Of a stretch of DNA of 64,000 nt, positions 38,084 through 51,029 are shown in pieces. The DNA lies in assembly GCF_023055435.1 (NCBI RefSeq), contig NW_025964223.1:6138001-6202000 (forward strand), in the 5' to 3' direction. The stretch is from Haliotis rufescens (Eukaryota). Under the pieces are notes generated by a model, which saw only the letters and a program-made list of their open reading frames with translations, was not told the DNA's origin and ran no database searches. Position 1 is the stretch's first letter. Each line of letters begins with the position of its first letter. Position numbers and translations under genes: made by a program.

Positions 38084-38581
38084 ATTTCCTTTCACCTTTG
38101 TGTAGAATAAGGGGAATAAACATTCCATCTCATGTTTAACATAAGAGTTGAACTCTTTAACATTAAATGGTCAGAATATAAATCATTAAGCATCTATTCC
38201 CATTCAAGCCGTTTAAGGCTATGCATGCGGTCTGTTCTCTGACAATATCCTCTACCATGTGTTTCCTCAGGGCAATTTATGATACACATTCCAAGCTTTT
38301 CCTGGCTCACCAGTCAATCTTTTTCCTATTTCGGGCCAATTCTGTAATGCAACCCCTTTTGAAGGTAGCGTCAGACATTACACAACAAAACTTGCGGCAT
38401 CTGTCAGGGATAGTGGGATCCATATTTTGATTGGCAGAAATCAATACTGAGTACTTGAGAAGGAATATAGGATTCAGTTGAGATGCTGCTTCACTTAGAA
38501 ACACCCAACTGTATCTGTCTATGTCAAAAAATGAATGAGGCAGCAGGTCAGGCCAGTGGTATTTCGGTCAGGAAGAATGTC

Positions 38582-38865
38582 GTTCGTTTGTTGTTTAAAA
38601 CCTCACCATGCAATATTCCAGCCATATGAAGCGGTTTGTGAATAATTAAGTCTGGACAGACAATCCAGTGATTGACATCATGAGCATCGATCAACGCAAT
38701 TGGGATCAACCAGTCAGCGATCCTGACCAACCGATCCCGTTAGTCATCTCATATGACAAGCATAGTCGTGATTTACGGCAAGCATGGATTGCCACAACCC
38801 ATTAGTCGCCTCTTACGACAAGCATAGATTGCTGAAGACCAATTCTAACCAGATTTTCACATGGC
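38582..38865 (-). mobile_element. SINE-like family 4, chimeric
   Basis: Reverse complement of family 4 with three copies of the gtcgtaagaggcgact hairpin; TSD-like agaatgt.gtt.g flanks. Confidence 0.85.
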
Positions 38866-39305
38866 AGAATGTAGTTTGATTCCCAAAGAGAGTACAGTTC
38901 TAGGTGATTTAGTGGTGCCTAACCACAACCCAATGTCTAACAAGACAGATTTCTCTTATTACTAAGAACATAGGAAGGTATATAGGATTCAGTGAGTAAA
39001 TGAATGAGTTCGGTTTCATCCTAGGCATTATGTCAGCAATGTCATGTTGACTTGATATGGCAGGTACAGCTGTAGCTGTTGGTATATTGCTCAACAGGAA
39101 GGGGATCAACTATGAGGAAAATCCAAATCACCCCTCTTGTCCTAGAGCTTGGTACAAAGGTTGCATCGTTTCTATGCATCAATCCAAATAGGACACTGAC
39201 TAGGGTTTCTCAGTAGTTGTTTTGTATTGCCAGCTCTGGAGGATAGAGGAGGTGAAGATACTCATTAATCTTGTCATTGTTGAAATGGGTCATCTATATA
39301 ATGAG

Positions 39306-39470
39306 TGAGTGAGTGAGTATGGTTTTACGCCACTTTTAGCAATATTCCAGCAATATCACGGCAGGGGACACCAGAAATCGGCTTCACACCTTTTACCCAT
39401 GTCGGGAATCGAACCCGGGTCTTCGGCGTGACGAGCCAACGCTTTAACCACGAGGCTACCCGAATGCCCC
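39306..39470 (-). mobile_element. SINE family 3 (tRNA-Asp-like head), full length
   Basis: Head ...ctcgtcacgccgaagacccgggttcgattccc resembles the tRNA-Asp(GTC) anticodon and T arm; 13-bp TSD tctatataatgag. Confidence 0.9.
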
Positions 39471-39565
39471 TCTATATAATGAGGTCATCTATATAATGAG
39501 GTCATCTATATAATGAGGTCAACTATATAATGAGGTCAACTATATGAATGAGGTCATCTATATAC
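39471..39565. repeat. 17-bp minisatellite (tctatataatgaggtca), ~5.5 copies
   Basis: Direct reading; a further partial copy lies left of the SINE at 39288-39305. Confidence 0.9.
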
Positions 39566-41637
39566 CTGCATGCGAGGCTGAATCTCTTGGCAATGTGTTC
39601 TTTCTTTGAATTAACTTCAGTAGTAAAAAATGTCTGATTTATACCGAAGGGGTAACACCTACTCCTTTTTTAAATGTCCAGGATTTCCAGCCACTCACGT
39701 ATTTGGATAGTTGAATATTTCTGAGTACAGAATCCAACATTCAGTGGAAATAAACAAACTTGTTGAATGTTGTAATTAGCTCTTCAATTAAAACAACTGC
39801 TTATGTATTCATTGATTGATACCTTAGAGACAACTGGAGTCAGAATTAAGGTTGTGCAGATCCCAGTTGTGTGCTTCCAGGAGCATACATCTGTGAATTC
39901 AAATCAATATCAATACGGAAGCAAAGTTGACTTTCAACCCCCCACCCCAAAACTAAATCAATTTAGTTTTTCAACAACTACATTGACCTTTCAATAGAAG
40001 CTATAACATCAATTCCACATGAGATGACTCAAACAATAGTTCACTTGATATTCAAGATATCACAGTGTTCGTGAATGCTGGAGATATTTGCTCTCACTGG
40101 TTTCATCCCTGAGGTTTCTCCAGTGTGGCATTATACTGTGACCAATCAGTTATTAAAAGACATAACCATTTCAAAACTACATATTGATCTGATCAGATGA
40201 AAGATCCAGATTAAGAGAAGGATTGATGAGTTTATCAGAGAATTCACAGGGATGTGAATCATTGGGATAGATTTTAATCAAAATACAAATCATTAAAGTG
40301 CGGGGGTGTCCTAATATTTCTACAATTTCAAATCAAGAAAGAATCCATTCATCTGAGAAATGTATCCATTAATCTGTTTCTAATTGCTCTTTGAAAATAA
40401 CAAAGAAACAAATGAACAGACCCTACATTTAGCTCCCTCACCGTATCCTCACATAAACAGTCCTCAAGTTCTTTGTTAAGGAATTATCTTCTTCCAAAGG
40501 ATTCCACCAAAATACATGTCCACATCACTCATTTCATAATTAACCTACAGCTGCTTGGCTGGCATTTCTTTTACAAGGAATTAGCATATCAAAAATCTGT
40601 GAATTTCATTCCTTGGTGAGGCAAATTCTTGATTCATCTCAAAAGGAGATCATTGATTATGTACAGCTTCCACTAGAGGGTTAATTACTGACTATCTAGG
40701 TGATTATAGTAATCTTTACAGCATGTCAAAAGCCACGGTTTCAATTTTAGATCTGAATAAATCTCACAATCTAAATATCAATATGGTTTCCCAAGTGAGA
40801 AGATAAATACCATGTTGACTAAAGTTTTCCAAACAGATCTATATTTGAATGTTTATTTCAGAATCATAATACCAATGTCCAATTTCCAAAGATTACCTTT
40901 CAGAGAAAATGAAGGCATTCACCCTGTCCAATTGTCCAAAGATTCAGTATTTAAGGTTTGCTATTTTAAAAACTAATAAACTCAGAAAAATGTTTACCGG
41001 TGATCAGGCTGGATGGCTCAGATAGGTACAGCATTTCAAACAACATCTTATAGACTGATATTACTACAGTGATGTCATGGTGAAGATCTTATCCCATAAA
41101 AAGTGTTCGAAAACCTATTATAATCACAATCTCTATGCCATAGAATACATGTACAGAATACAACACTCTACCAGACAAGTCAACGAGAGACCTTTTAAAT
41201 ACAGTATCAACAAATTATTTAATCTCACCTTTAATTGATTAGACTCTAATCTTTTCACACAGGCAGTGCAACCAAACTTTGCAACAGGAAATATAAGCCG
41301 ACATCTAATTCTATCAATTAAAGCTAATACTGTTTTTCCCATGTCGTAATGATAAGTTTCAGTACATCACTCAAGCATGTTTCCACCAAACCATGAACAG
41401 CATTTTGAAGTAATCAGGATTGTGTGACCATGTCAATCTTCTATGAGAGTAAGATTGATCAGAAGATTAGAACAGAAATATTAGATGTCACAGTAACCGG
41501 ACCAGGGTCAGGAACTATGGAAGCCAAGGGCTCCATCAATATCCACCACCTAGAGAGTGTTCAGTTAGGTGCTGGCTTATTGGGGTTTGAAAAACAAGCT
41601 TACCTTCTTGTGCACTGACCATCAAACCTTCATTCCT

Positions 41638-41907
41638 TTTGGTTGGTTGGTTCGTTGTTTAATGCTGCACTTAGCAATATTCCAGCTTTATGATGGCAGT
41701 CTGTAAATAATTGAGTCTGGACCAGACAATCCAGTGATTGATATCATGAGCATTGATCCACACAATTGGGATCGATGACATGCTTCAACCAAGTCAGCGA
41801 GCCTGATCCCCCGATCCCGTTAGTCGCCTCTTACGACAAGCATAGTCGCCTTTTACGGCAAGAATGGTATGCTGAAGACCGTTTCTACCCCCAATCTTCA
41901 CGGGTCG
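41638..41907 (-). mobile_element. SINE-like family 4, full length
   Basis: 5' end gacccgtgaagat, (CCAA)n tail, 10-bp TSD cttcattcct (41628-37 / 41908-17). Confidence 0.9.
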
Positions 41908-41949
41908 CTTCATTCCTAATACAAGCCACAAATCCCTTCAATAATCATT

Positions 41950-42265
41950 AGGAATCAGCAGTCACAGTCCTTTGTACAATTCTTACTGCATGACATAAGC
42001 ATGTGTTAATGAAACACTTTTAAATACATGTAATGACGATACCTGGTCTTTTCAAAAAGGTGAATTTATCCTGCCCAACTGGTGGCACCCATCACAAACA
42101 CATGTAAAGGCAAGGCATATTTTCATCTGAAAAAACACGCAACATATGGTACAAGTAAAAATAGGGAATTGCATTGGCCAATATTTTTGTTATTGATGCA
42201 TCAAATTTGGAAATGTCATCCAAATTTCCACCATAAATCTTTTTGAAAGGCCTTGAATGCTGTAA
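41950..42265 (-). mobile_element. Naiad-type PLE 3' fragment (family A)
   Basis: Homologous to ~1250-1545 (ggcacccatcacaaacacatg...catatggtacaagt...atagggaa). Confidence 0.8.
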
Positions 42266-42900
42266 GAAATGCTATATGGCTACACTGTAAATGGTGAACT
42301 GTTGATACATCATCCTGCACACATTTGATGGCATATTCAGAATGCCCATGTTAATATTCATTCTTCAGTTTCATAAAGACTTAAGTGGTAGTGACACTGT
42401 AGAATCAGAGCCAGTCCTAGTCAGTAACAGTAAAAACAACCCATTTCAACTCATAACATGCAAATAATTTTGTCTTTTTGCCATTATATTCATCAGTTAC
42501 ATTTGTTATCACATTAAGTAAAGCAAACAATGAGCACTGAAAACTAGAATCACACTGAAGCCTATGTTGGCAAAATCTGTACATTTTGTTTGCATGTCTC
42601 ACCAGAGTCGCTACATCTTGACTGCACTTGTGCCAACATTGGCTGTAGGAACATCTCAGGAAGCAGTTTTCCATCAGTGCATGTGTGTGTATTTGTAAAT
42701 CTTGGCAAATGTTAGACCTGTTAACCACTTACTACATGTTGACCTAGAGATAGCTGAAATGTTAATACTATCCAGACAGTGCCTCCCAACCTGTCAGACA
42801 GCCAGTTCTACATACCTGGGTAAATGTAAGTCATAATGTCAATGGAACCGTAGAATGTGTCTTGTTTCATTAATGAAGGCACCCATTATGCTCAAAAACC

Positions 42901-42992
42901 TCTTCATAAACATTGTACCCATGTGGGGAATCAAACCTGGGCCTTTCGGTGTGACGAGCAATGCTTTAACTACTACACTACCCCACCGCCCC
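42901..42992 (-). mobile_element. SINE family 3, head only
   Basis: cattgtacccatgtggggaatcaaacc...gtgacgagc...ccccaccgcccc. Confidence 0.75.
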
Positions 42993-44139
42993 TCTCATAG
43001 AAGAAAAAAGTCCACACATTCAATCCAATATCTTTCCTTGCAGTTACAAGACAAACATATAACAAATAACTGAAACAAATCTACATGACTGCTCTCTAAG
43101 ATGATGTTTCATTCCCACAAACATTCACATAAATGACAGTTTTAACATAACTACCAAAATGAATTTTTTTCTCCAAAAATGTCTAAAAAAAGGTTATTGC
43201 AGACTTTATTGACCATTCAAGCTGGATTAATCCTTCCATTTGGTCTGTCCCTTGAGCAACCCTTTCTCGTATGGAGCCATGCTATCTGCTCGGGATGTCA
43301 CTGTTTCTACTGGGAAAACATTGATATCAATGGTACAATTAACATGTCTCTTTGACTTGGCACCAGTTGACTGGTGGATGGGAAGGTTGACTGTGGCTGA
43401 TAGATGGGCTTGGGTACATAGACAGCTGAACGGAGCCGAAGAGGACATGGGACTGTTGCAAATGAGCAACAATCATTGCATGTAATCATTGGTTACAGGT
43501 TTGTTTCATGTATGAGAATCAGTTGCTGAAATGTAGCCATTATTTACAACACAGCATAATCACTGTACTTGCTGCAGTGAGCTTCGGTGCATGAGTAGTT
43601 TGTGCTGATAAGATGTTGAATCTTTACTCCGAACATATAGTGTACAATTGATAAAACGATCATGTCATTTTCCTAAATTAATTAGAAGTGGACTCATGTT
43701 GCTGCATGTCACTTTGATCTCCTGTGAAATTACAAATCTGGAACATAATCAGAGGTTTGGATGATGGTCCCTTCTCCGGAACTGGCATCTGTCATCAGTT
43801 TGATGACTGGTTTGATGCTCATAGATCTATGAACCAATACTGAAATTATTCTTATCACACTATACCACAAAAAGAAATTTCTCCTGAGGTGAGTTAGTTT
43901 GGTTTAATGTTACTTTGACCTCTAATATTAGAACTTTATTTACAAAAAGATGAGCACAATGGCGAGGAACACAGCACCCCATTAGATTGTATCTTGGATG
44001 AAAAAGAATAAATCTCCCTTTCAAAATTAAGGTCCTGGGTCCTGGTCCTTAACTTACTTTTTGGTTCATGAAGGAGTGACTTGATTCCATGATTTCAAAA
44101 GAAAGATAAATCATGGATAAATCATGGTTCTTACAAAAC

Positions 44140-44262
44140 TAAAACATTATCAAAGCAAATATGGGAGTCGAACCCATGATCATAGGGTGCAGGTATGCCA
44201 AAGGGATGCAACTCTGCACAGTGAATTGCAGCACCTGAGACAGCTCGGCCAACAGTGCCCCC
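44140..44262 (-). mobile_element. SINE family 1, tRNA head only
   Basis: Reverse complement of ~3825-3945 (gggggcactgttggccgagc...tgtgcagagttgc...ggttcgactccc). Confidence 0.8.
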
Positions 44263-44937
44263 TTCCTCAAAAGGAATATGCAATAGTAAACAAGAAATTC
44301 TGTATTCAAACCAAGTTGCAAAGACACCATAAATATCAAGCCAGCCCAAACAGCAGACTATATCTGGATGTCCTCTTTAATAGTGGCCATATTGAAATTT
44401 ATAATAAACACTGCATTAACAACATCACTGACCTGTGTACACCTGGGCCCACAGTTCAAAAAAGCTTTGCTGATCCAATTATCTTAAGATTTCTTATATT
44501 TATGGAGCTAAGCCCTGAAAGTTGTGGCTGGTTTATATCCCCTAAACCTGGACTCATATTTCCTGTCCTTTCATTTCAACTATCTACTGTGTGCAGCTGC
44601 ATGACTACTTAAAGACTTGCAAATCTACCTATGCTGGAGACTTGCGGCAAAGATACTTATAACTGGAATTGCGCAAATGGATTCTTTGGATGAACTACTG
44701 TCTGCACTTCTGAAAAGATCAAGGTTTATAGAACAACAGGACATCAAAAGTTTCTCCATTTCCCATGGTTAAAGAGCAGTTACAAAGATCAATAAATGCC
44801 TAAACTTTCTAATGTATCAACTTTAGCTGTAAAGGTAGAATATAGGTGAATGAGTGGATGAATGGTGGCAGGATCAAGGATCTTCTTCACAGCAAGTTGG
44901 TGTGGGAAGAAGCCTTCAAACACCAACCAAACATTTA

Positions 44938-45112
44938 CAGTAAAACTACAGTTATAACGAACTCAAAAGGACCACTAATTTTAGTTCGTAATAACCTATT
45001 TCGTTGTAAGCATATATAAAGCATTTATACAACAAATGGTCGGGACCAAAAATTAAGTTTGTTATATCAGTCAGTTTGTTATAAGCGTGTTCATTATAAA
45101 CGTAGTTTACTG
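44938..45112. mobile_element. Tc1/mariner (Tigger-like) MITE
   Basis: TIR cagtaaaactacagttataacgaac / gttcattataaacgtagtttactg, TA on both sides. Confidence 0.8.
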
Positions 45113-46267
45113 TAGTTTTAGTCAAGGTTCTGGAGGCTATATGAAAGTAGAAGTGAATTTTTCAGTACAAACTCACACAAGCCATGCCATGCCAGGGCAC
45201 GACACTCTATCTTGGTAGTCCTCCTGGTCTTGTTAGTGTTAAACCCCCTTTACGTGTATGAGTGAGAAGGTACATTTCAGGAATAGTATTGTGTGTCAGA
45301 AACACATGAAAGGAAAGCATCAAGTAAAGTTATGATCACAGCTCTACTGATACAGGGAGTAATCTGGAACTGCTCAGAGGCTGGTATTTACCCTGAAGTC
45401 TGCAGCAAATGTCAATAATCACTCCCAAACTGAAATCAAAATGTTTCAAATTCATGTTAATATAGTTATATCTAATTTTAGTCAGGTTGGCTTGTATTTC
45501 ACTTATATCAATACCAATAAATGTATTTGAATGTAATGTTAGAATGCAGTGTTAAAAGGCCTCTGATTTTAAGGAATAGGCAGACAATACCAATTGCTTT
45601 CCCAATTTAATATTGCCATGTTTGGAATCCTAGATAAATCCCTGTGATAAAACAAGGGTCATAATCAGGGCAAAAATGGGATTCAAACCCAAATCCAGTT
45701 TAGCCACCTCAGTCAGCTGTGCTCACATTATGAGATTACTAACTTGTAAGATACAGGTCACTATAAGCGACAAGTTGTGGACACTCATTCATACAATAAA
45801 TGTCACTCCCGAAACACAATGGCAAACTGTGATATTTAATAATAACATTGAACGCAAGTACAGACTCAAACAGTTTTAATTCAAAACTCTGCTCACAGTT
45901 AATGGATAATATGATAGATCAGTATTACATTTGATTGTCTGTGCAAAGTGATGAATTTAAACATGTATGGATGTAAACAAAACTATCGAACAAAGTAAGG
46001 CTGACACCAAAGTAATGAAAACTACCCCAAATCATTTCAAAATATACACCTCTGAAACAATCATCTTAATAAACTACATCTCCTGAAATAATTGATGAAT
46101 GTTGCTTAAGGCCAACCAGCCATATTACCATCCTACCAACTAGATCAAAGCAATATGCATAGTTGACATTTATCTATGGTGGGATGAAATGGGGCTGCAT
46201 ATTGCATTCAGATTACTGCACTTTTATTGCCCTGTGTGTGTGTGCGTGCATGCGTCTGTGTGTGTAC

Positions 46268-46372
46268 TGATTCATACACACATGCTCATGATATTGTCTG
46301 AATCATACAATGGACTCTGCTTTTTGCAGAAACCTCCTATACTTATGGAAAGGGTTTTGTAATTTGTATTTA
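46268..46372 (+). mobile_element. Extreme 3' end of Naiad-type family A next to a (TG)n tract
   Basis: tgattcatacacacatgctcatgatattgtctgaat...gactctgcttt...atggaaagggttttg matches 56741-56835. Confidence 0.75.
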
Positions 46373-47097
46373 CACACATCATCAGGACACAATTGCATAC
46401 AAACAGCCATACCTTATTTAACCATCAAATACCCATATTATGGCAAACATGGGGTAGTGAGAATCTTTTGTCCAACAAAATTCCCACAGGAACAATACAT
46501 CCGATGAAAAGGAATTGTGACGAGCAACAATGCAGACATTGAAGAACCAAGCGTCTTTTTACACAGCATGCACACAAACCTTTCATGAAAAGATTTATGT
46601 ACCCAAACACCCAATGGATTACTATCTCTTAGAACGTGAGACTTCTTTGAATCTGGTTGAGAGAAATGACAAACACTTCAAATGTCTATTAAAAGTATCA
46701 GGGAAGTATGAAGACAAATAAACCCGTAGGCATTGCTTTCAAGGACAACAATAGGCCTGCTGAGAAAAACATGGCTCAAGACCAGTATACCAGCCCTGGC
46801 CACATAGTGGCACCAGCTTCAAGAATTCTGCAAGAGTAACAAAAACGGCCAAGTCTGCAGACTATGTTGTTGCTGATAATAACCCCTCTGTTCCATTGTT
46901 GGGGTTTCTTTGGTTGACATCTGTGTTGCCTTGGGCCCATATTGGAGGGATGAGGTCATTTATCCTGTCATTCATATGTTAATATTACTTCCAGCTGACA
47001 TTAGCAATACTTGTACCTGTGTTATTTGGTACAGTACACCCTATTTTCTCACACACTCAATGCACTATAGATACCTATTGGTGATTCTGAACGTTTT

Positions 47098-47368
47098 GAC
47101 CTGTGAAGATCCGAGGTAGAATAGGTCTTCAGCAACCCATTCTTGCCGTAAAAGGCGACTATGCTTGTCGTAGGAGGCGACTAATGGGATCGGGTGGTCA
47201 GGCTCGCTGACTTGGTTGAAGCATGTCATCGATCCCAATTGTGTGGATCGATGCTCATGATATCAATTACTGGATTGTCTTTTCCAGACTTGATTATTTA
47301 CAGACTGCCGTCATATAGCTGGAATATTGCTGAGTCTGGTGTAAAACAACCAACCAACAAACAAACAA
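47098..47368 (+). mobile_element. SINE-like family 4, full length
   Basis: gacctgtgaagatcc...ggcgactaatgggatc...gctggaatattgctgag...(CAAC/CAAA)n. Confidence 0.9.
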
Positions 47369-49696
47369 GCTTAACGGTTCACTTGCAAGATTATACACCT
47401 GCAACTGCTCAGCTTCACTACATCCTCTACAAACAAACTCTCCCTCTTTTTCAGAAACATAAAAAAGGATCACAATACCAAGAATATTCCATCGGCAAAG
47501 TCAAAAATAAACAAATTTAGTAAGAAACATTGATCAAATTTATACACATCTACCTTAACACTACAACTACTGTAAGCCTATGTTACTGTATGAGACCTTT
47601 GGTAGGCAGTGTTCTGATCACTTTGGTGAAGTGTGTTGGCCAAAGGCAGTTTCAGCATGATGTGTTTGTACCACCTCAACAGCACAACCATCGCATACCA
47701 ATACCCCATGTCATGAGATTAGGTGCATCACAAGCCCACAATAATATGGTTTGCAGCATCTCGCGACTCACTATTTCTGCTTGGAGGTATGGCGGCAAGT
47801 CAGCAATCTGTAGGTCTTCGACCCACCATACTCCTCAGTGTTATCCATGGCAAACCAGGTGTGACAACCCCACATCACATCCCTAATGAACAAAATTAAA
47901 ACACGTACAACTCAAGAACATTAACATCCTGGGAATACCCTACAGCGAGAAACAAAAGAAATAGCAGAAATACTTTCGTTCCACTCTTCTTATCACGTTT
48001 TTTGTCACAATGGTTTTGTTTAAACATGACAAGATAATTCCTGCCAATTACCTGGGGAATATCAGGACTCCAGACTGTAGAACATTGTTTCTGACAGGCT
48101 TATTTAGCTCCCCTAATAAACGCTGCCATTTACGTCTAGCAAAGACCAAAAGGGTAAACCAAGGACAGAGCAATGATTGCGGGAGCAAATATGCTCTTTA
48201 TCTTCAGTCAAAGGGAGTGTTATATTTTCAATACTTCCTTAGCAAAAAACATATATTTCAACATGACCTTCTCAGCAATCCTAATTTTAGATGCCTTCAA
48301 GGTCAAAACAAATAAGAGCTGATGAAATCCTAACCTGCGTATTTCATGACAGAAGACTTTTATATGTCATCTCAAAATTATGTTTAATCTGACTGAATGG
48401 ACGTCTGATGGGAAGCTGGCTCTGATATGTGATTGACAATTGCATTTTCATGTCATTAATTCCACAAAACACTGCTGCATGAACATGAAAGAGGCATATC
48501 ATTCCACGGTTCTGACTGTGTAAGTATAAACATGCAATGCAATAATGCCTAAGTGTTATACTCAAGATGGAAATAGTATGACTGGCAAAAGACAACCCAA
48601 GTTTCCCCTGGGTCCAGTTAACCTGAGAGTAGCACCAGAACAGGCTGGGGTATTCAATAGCTTAGCTTTAAGTGCAGACAAGCCTAAAAAGGTCTTTGAT
48701 GTGTAAAAGAGATAACTTGGCGGAAATGAATCTCATTGGCTAATATTTCCCCTTGCTGAATAAAATATTGCATGCACAATCTGTGCACAGAGGGCACAGG
48801 AAAGAGGCAATTTTCTCCCATCACTGATGTTGATGATAAACTTGGCAGTCTTGATAGAGATAATGTCTACATCATCCCAAAACTGCTTGTCATGGTTTTG
48901 ATTCAGTGTGTTTTCTTTTGAAATAAATTCAGTTTTGATAGTTCACCCTCATAAATGATAAATAACATTGATGTGATTGAGTATTTTCAAAAGAAATCAG
49001 TTTACAGTAAAAGTTTTGATACAGTTTAATTTGATCAAGAACACAGGACAGCTAAATTCTCACTTGATATATTTCGACTTAAAGCAACAAACTGAAAATG
49101 CTGAGCAATCAAAGTTTTAACTGTGTCTATACATCAAAAATAAGTGTATTAGTCTGAAGAGTGAAATTAATCAAGCTCAAATGGTTCAATATTGAAAACC
49201 AATTCTGTGTAACACTCTCTCATAGCAATAATTGTGAGATGTCGTACACCAATACATGGTCGTTCCACATTATCCATCACATCAATTTCACTCACTTAGT
49301 ACCCGGAAATGGGCAAAAATCAGGTTCATACATGGGTGAAGCACAAAGACGCCGTTTATAAACGCATGATTTAGTCCAGTACAGCACCTTCTCCCCGACC
49401 TTGCATTGATCCTCAGGTTCAGAGTGTTACCATTCTTGAAATGTGTGATAAAAGTAATGATGCTAGATTCAGGCCGTCTATGATTTGCTGGCATTACATC
49501 AAGATACAAGAATATTTTATTGTTTTCCCCAATTTTTAGATACATTGGCACCTAAGCCACTACTGCTTCTTAAGCCAGAATGGCTACATAATGAAAGGTA
49601 TTCCAAGAAGTTGTGATAGATACTGATGAATTGGTCTTTGGACTGTGATGGTGAAGTTTAAAGTGATCTGTAAATGTATCATATCCATACGCATTC

Positions 49697-49858
49697 GGGG
49701 TGGTAGGGTAGCCTAGTGGCTAAAGCATCCACTCATCATGCCGAAGGCCTGGGTTCAATTCCCCTTATGAGCACAATGCCTGAAGCCCATTTCTGGTGTC
49801 TCTCACCGTGATATTGCATGAAAGTTACTAAAAGCAATGTAAAACCCAACTCACTCAC
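49697..49858 (+). mobile_element. SINE family 3, full length, older
   Basis: ggggtggtagggtagcctagtggctaaagc...gggttcaattcccc...aactcactcac. Confidence 0.85.
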
Positions 49859-50182
49859 GTATACATACAATGTGCTTGCATCACTGTTATCAAGTCACTA
49901 AAACATGCTTTGCCAATACCATAGTTTATATATTGATAGTTACCCATGATCCCTTGAAACCAGAATATTATTATAAGTGACCCCAGAAACATAATTTCCT
50001 TTAAGCAGTAAACCTGTACAGTCACACTTATAGTTTAGAAGCTCTTCATTACTCTTGAAACAGTTCCGTTAGTGGTTGAGATATATAGATGCAATAATGT
50101 TGTGATGCAGAAGCCATGCATGATATTTGGATATCATTTCTTCCGAAATGTCAGAAATGTTGTATTTCGGCCTTTGAATGTA

Positions 50183-51025
50183 TAATAAAAGCAACAAAAT
50201 TCTTGCCATATTCATAAAATATCTCTGCCATATTTTAAGAAATGTCTTCCAAAAATAGAGTCAATTGTACAATTCCAACTATATCACGAGCATGCCTTTA
50301 TGAATCACTACCAAATAGTGATGATATCAGGTGTTCGGAAAAAGGGTGTGCGGATCCTGCCTAACTGTTGGACCCATCACAAACATGTGCAAAGGCAAGT
50401 CATTTGTTCACACGGTAACATATGGTACGAGTCAAAATAGGGATCAGACCATTTTTGTCACTGATGCATCACAATTTGGAATTGTCCTCCAAATGTCTAA
50501 CATAAACCTTTTTGAAAACTTTACTGAGGCCTTGAATGTTGTAACCTTGATCGAACAACTTCTGAGCAAAAGTTGTATGATGTTCTTTGAAACTTTGGTA
50601 GAAAGAGCATGCTCGATTATACCTCAAAAAGTATGAAATAAAGACACCATGGGCTGGAGCTGCAGGAATATTCTTCGACATGAAGGGAAAATTGATGACA
50701 GGATAGTTGAAGTCATCTCTCTTGTCATACAGTCTTGTGGAGAGTGTTTTGTCATGGTGAATCTTTATGCATAGAGCTAAATACAAACCAATCAGGTGCT
50801 TCCAATGGTCTCTCTTCTTTCTAGTTCAGGTGAGTAATTAGCCATTTGATGGATATTGAACCATATCTGATCATTGATATACGTGAAGCTTAAGTTAAAC
50901 CTATTGGCTAAGTTCTCTAATTATGACTTCGCCAATCTGAGCAGAAATCTTGATTCATATACATAAAACAGATCAGCAAGAAGAGGATCGCAATTGGTGC
51001 CCATTGGGATGCCTCCTTCTTGCCA
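50183..51025 (-). mobile_element. Naiad-type PLE, 5'-truncated RT plus 3' UTR (family A)
   Basis: GIPMGTN, STRLYDKRDDFNYPVINFPFMSKNIPAAPAHGVFIS, RYNRACSFYQ...KLFDQGY; colinear with 1190-2030. Confidence 0.85.
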
Positions 51026-51029
51026 TCTT

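Noticed and set aside
44124-44612. 162-aa ORF as a gene
   Set aside because: It runs through an antisense SINE head and a possible MITE, with no recognisable domain.
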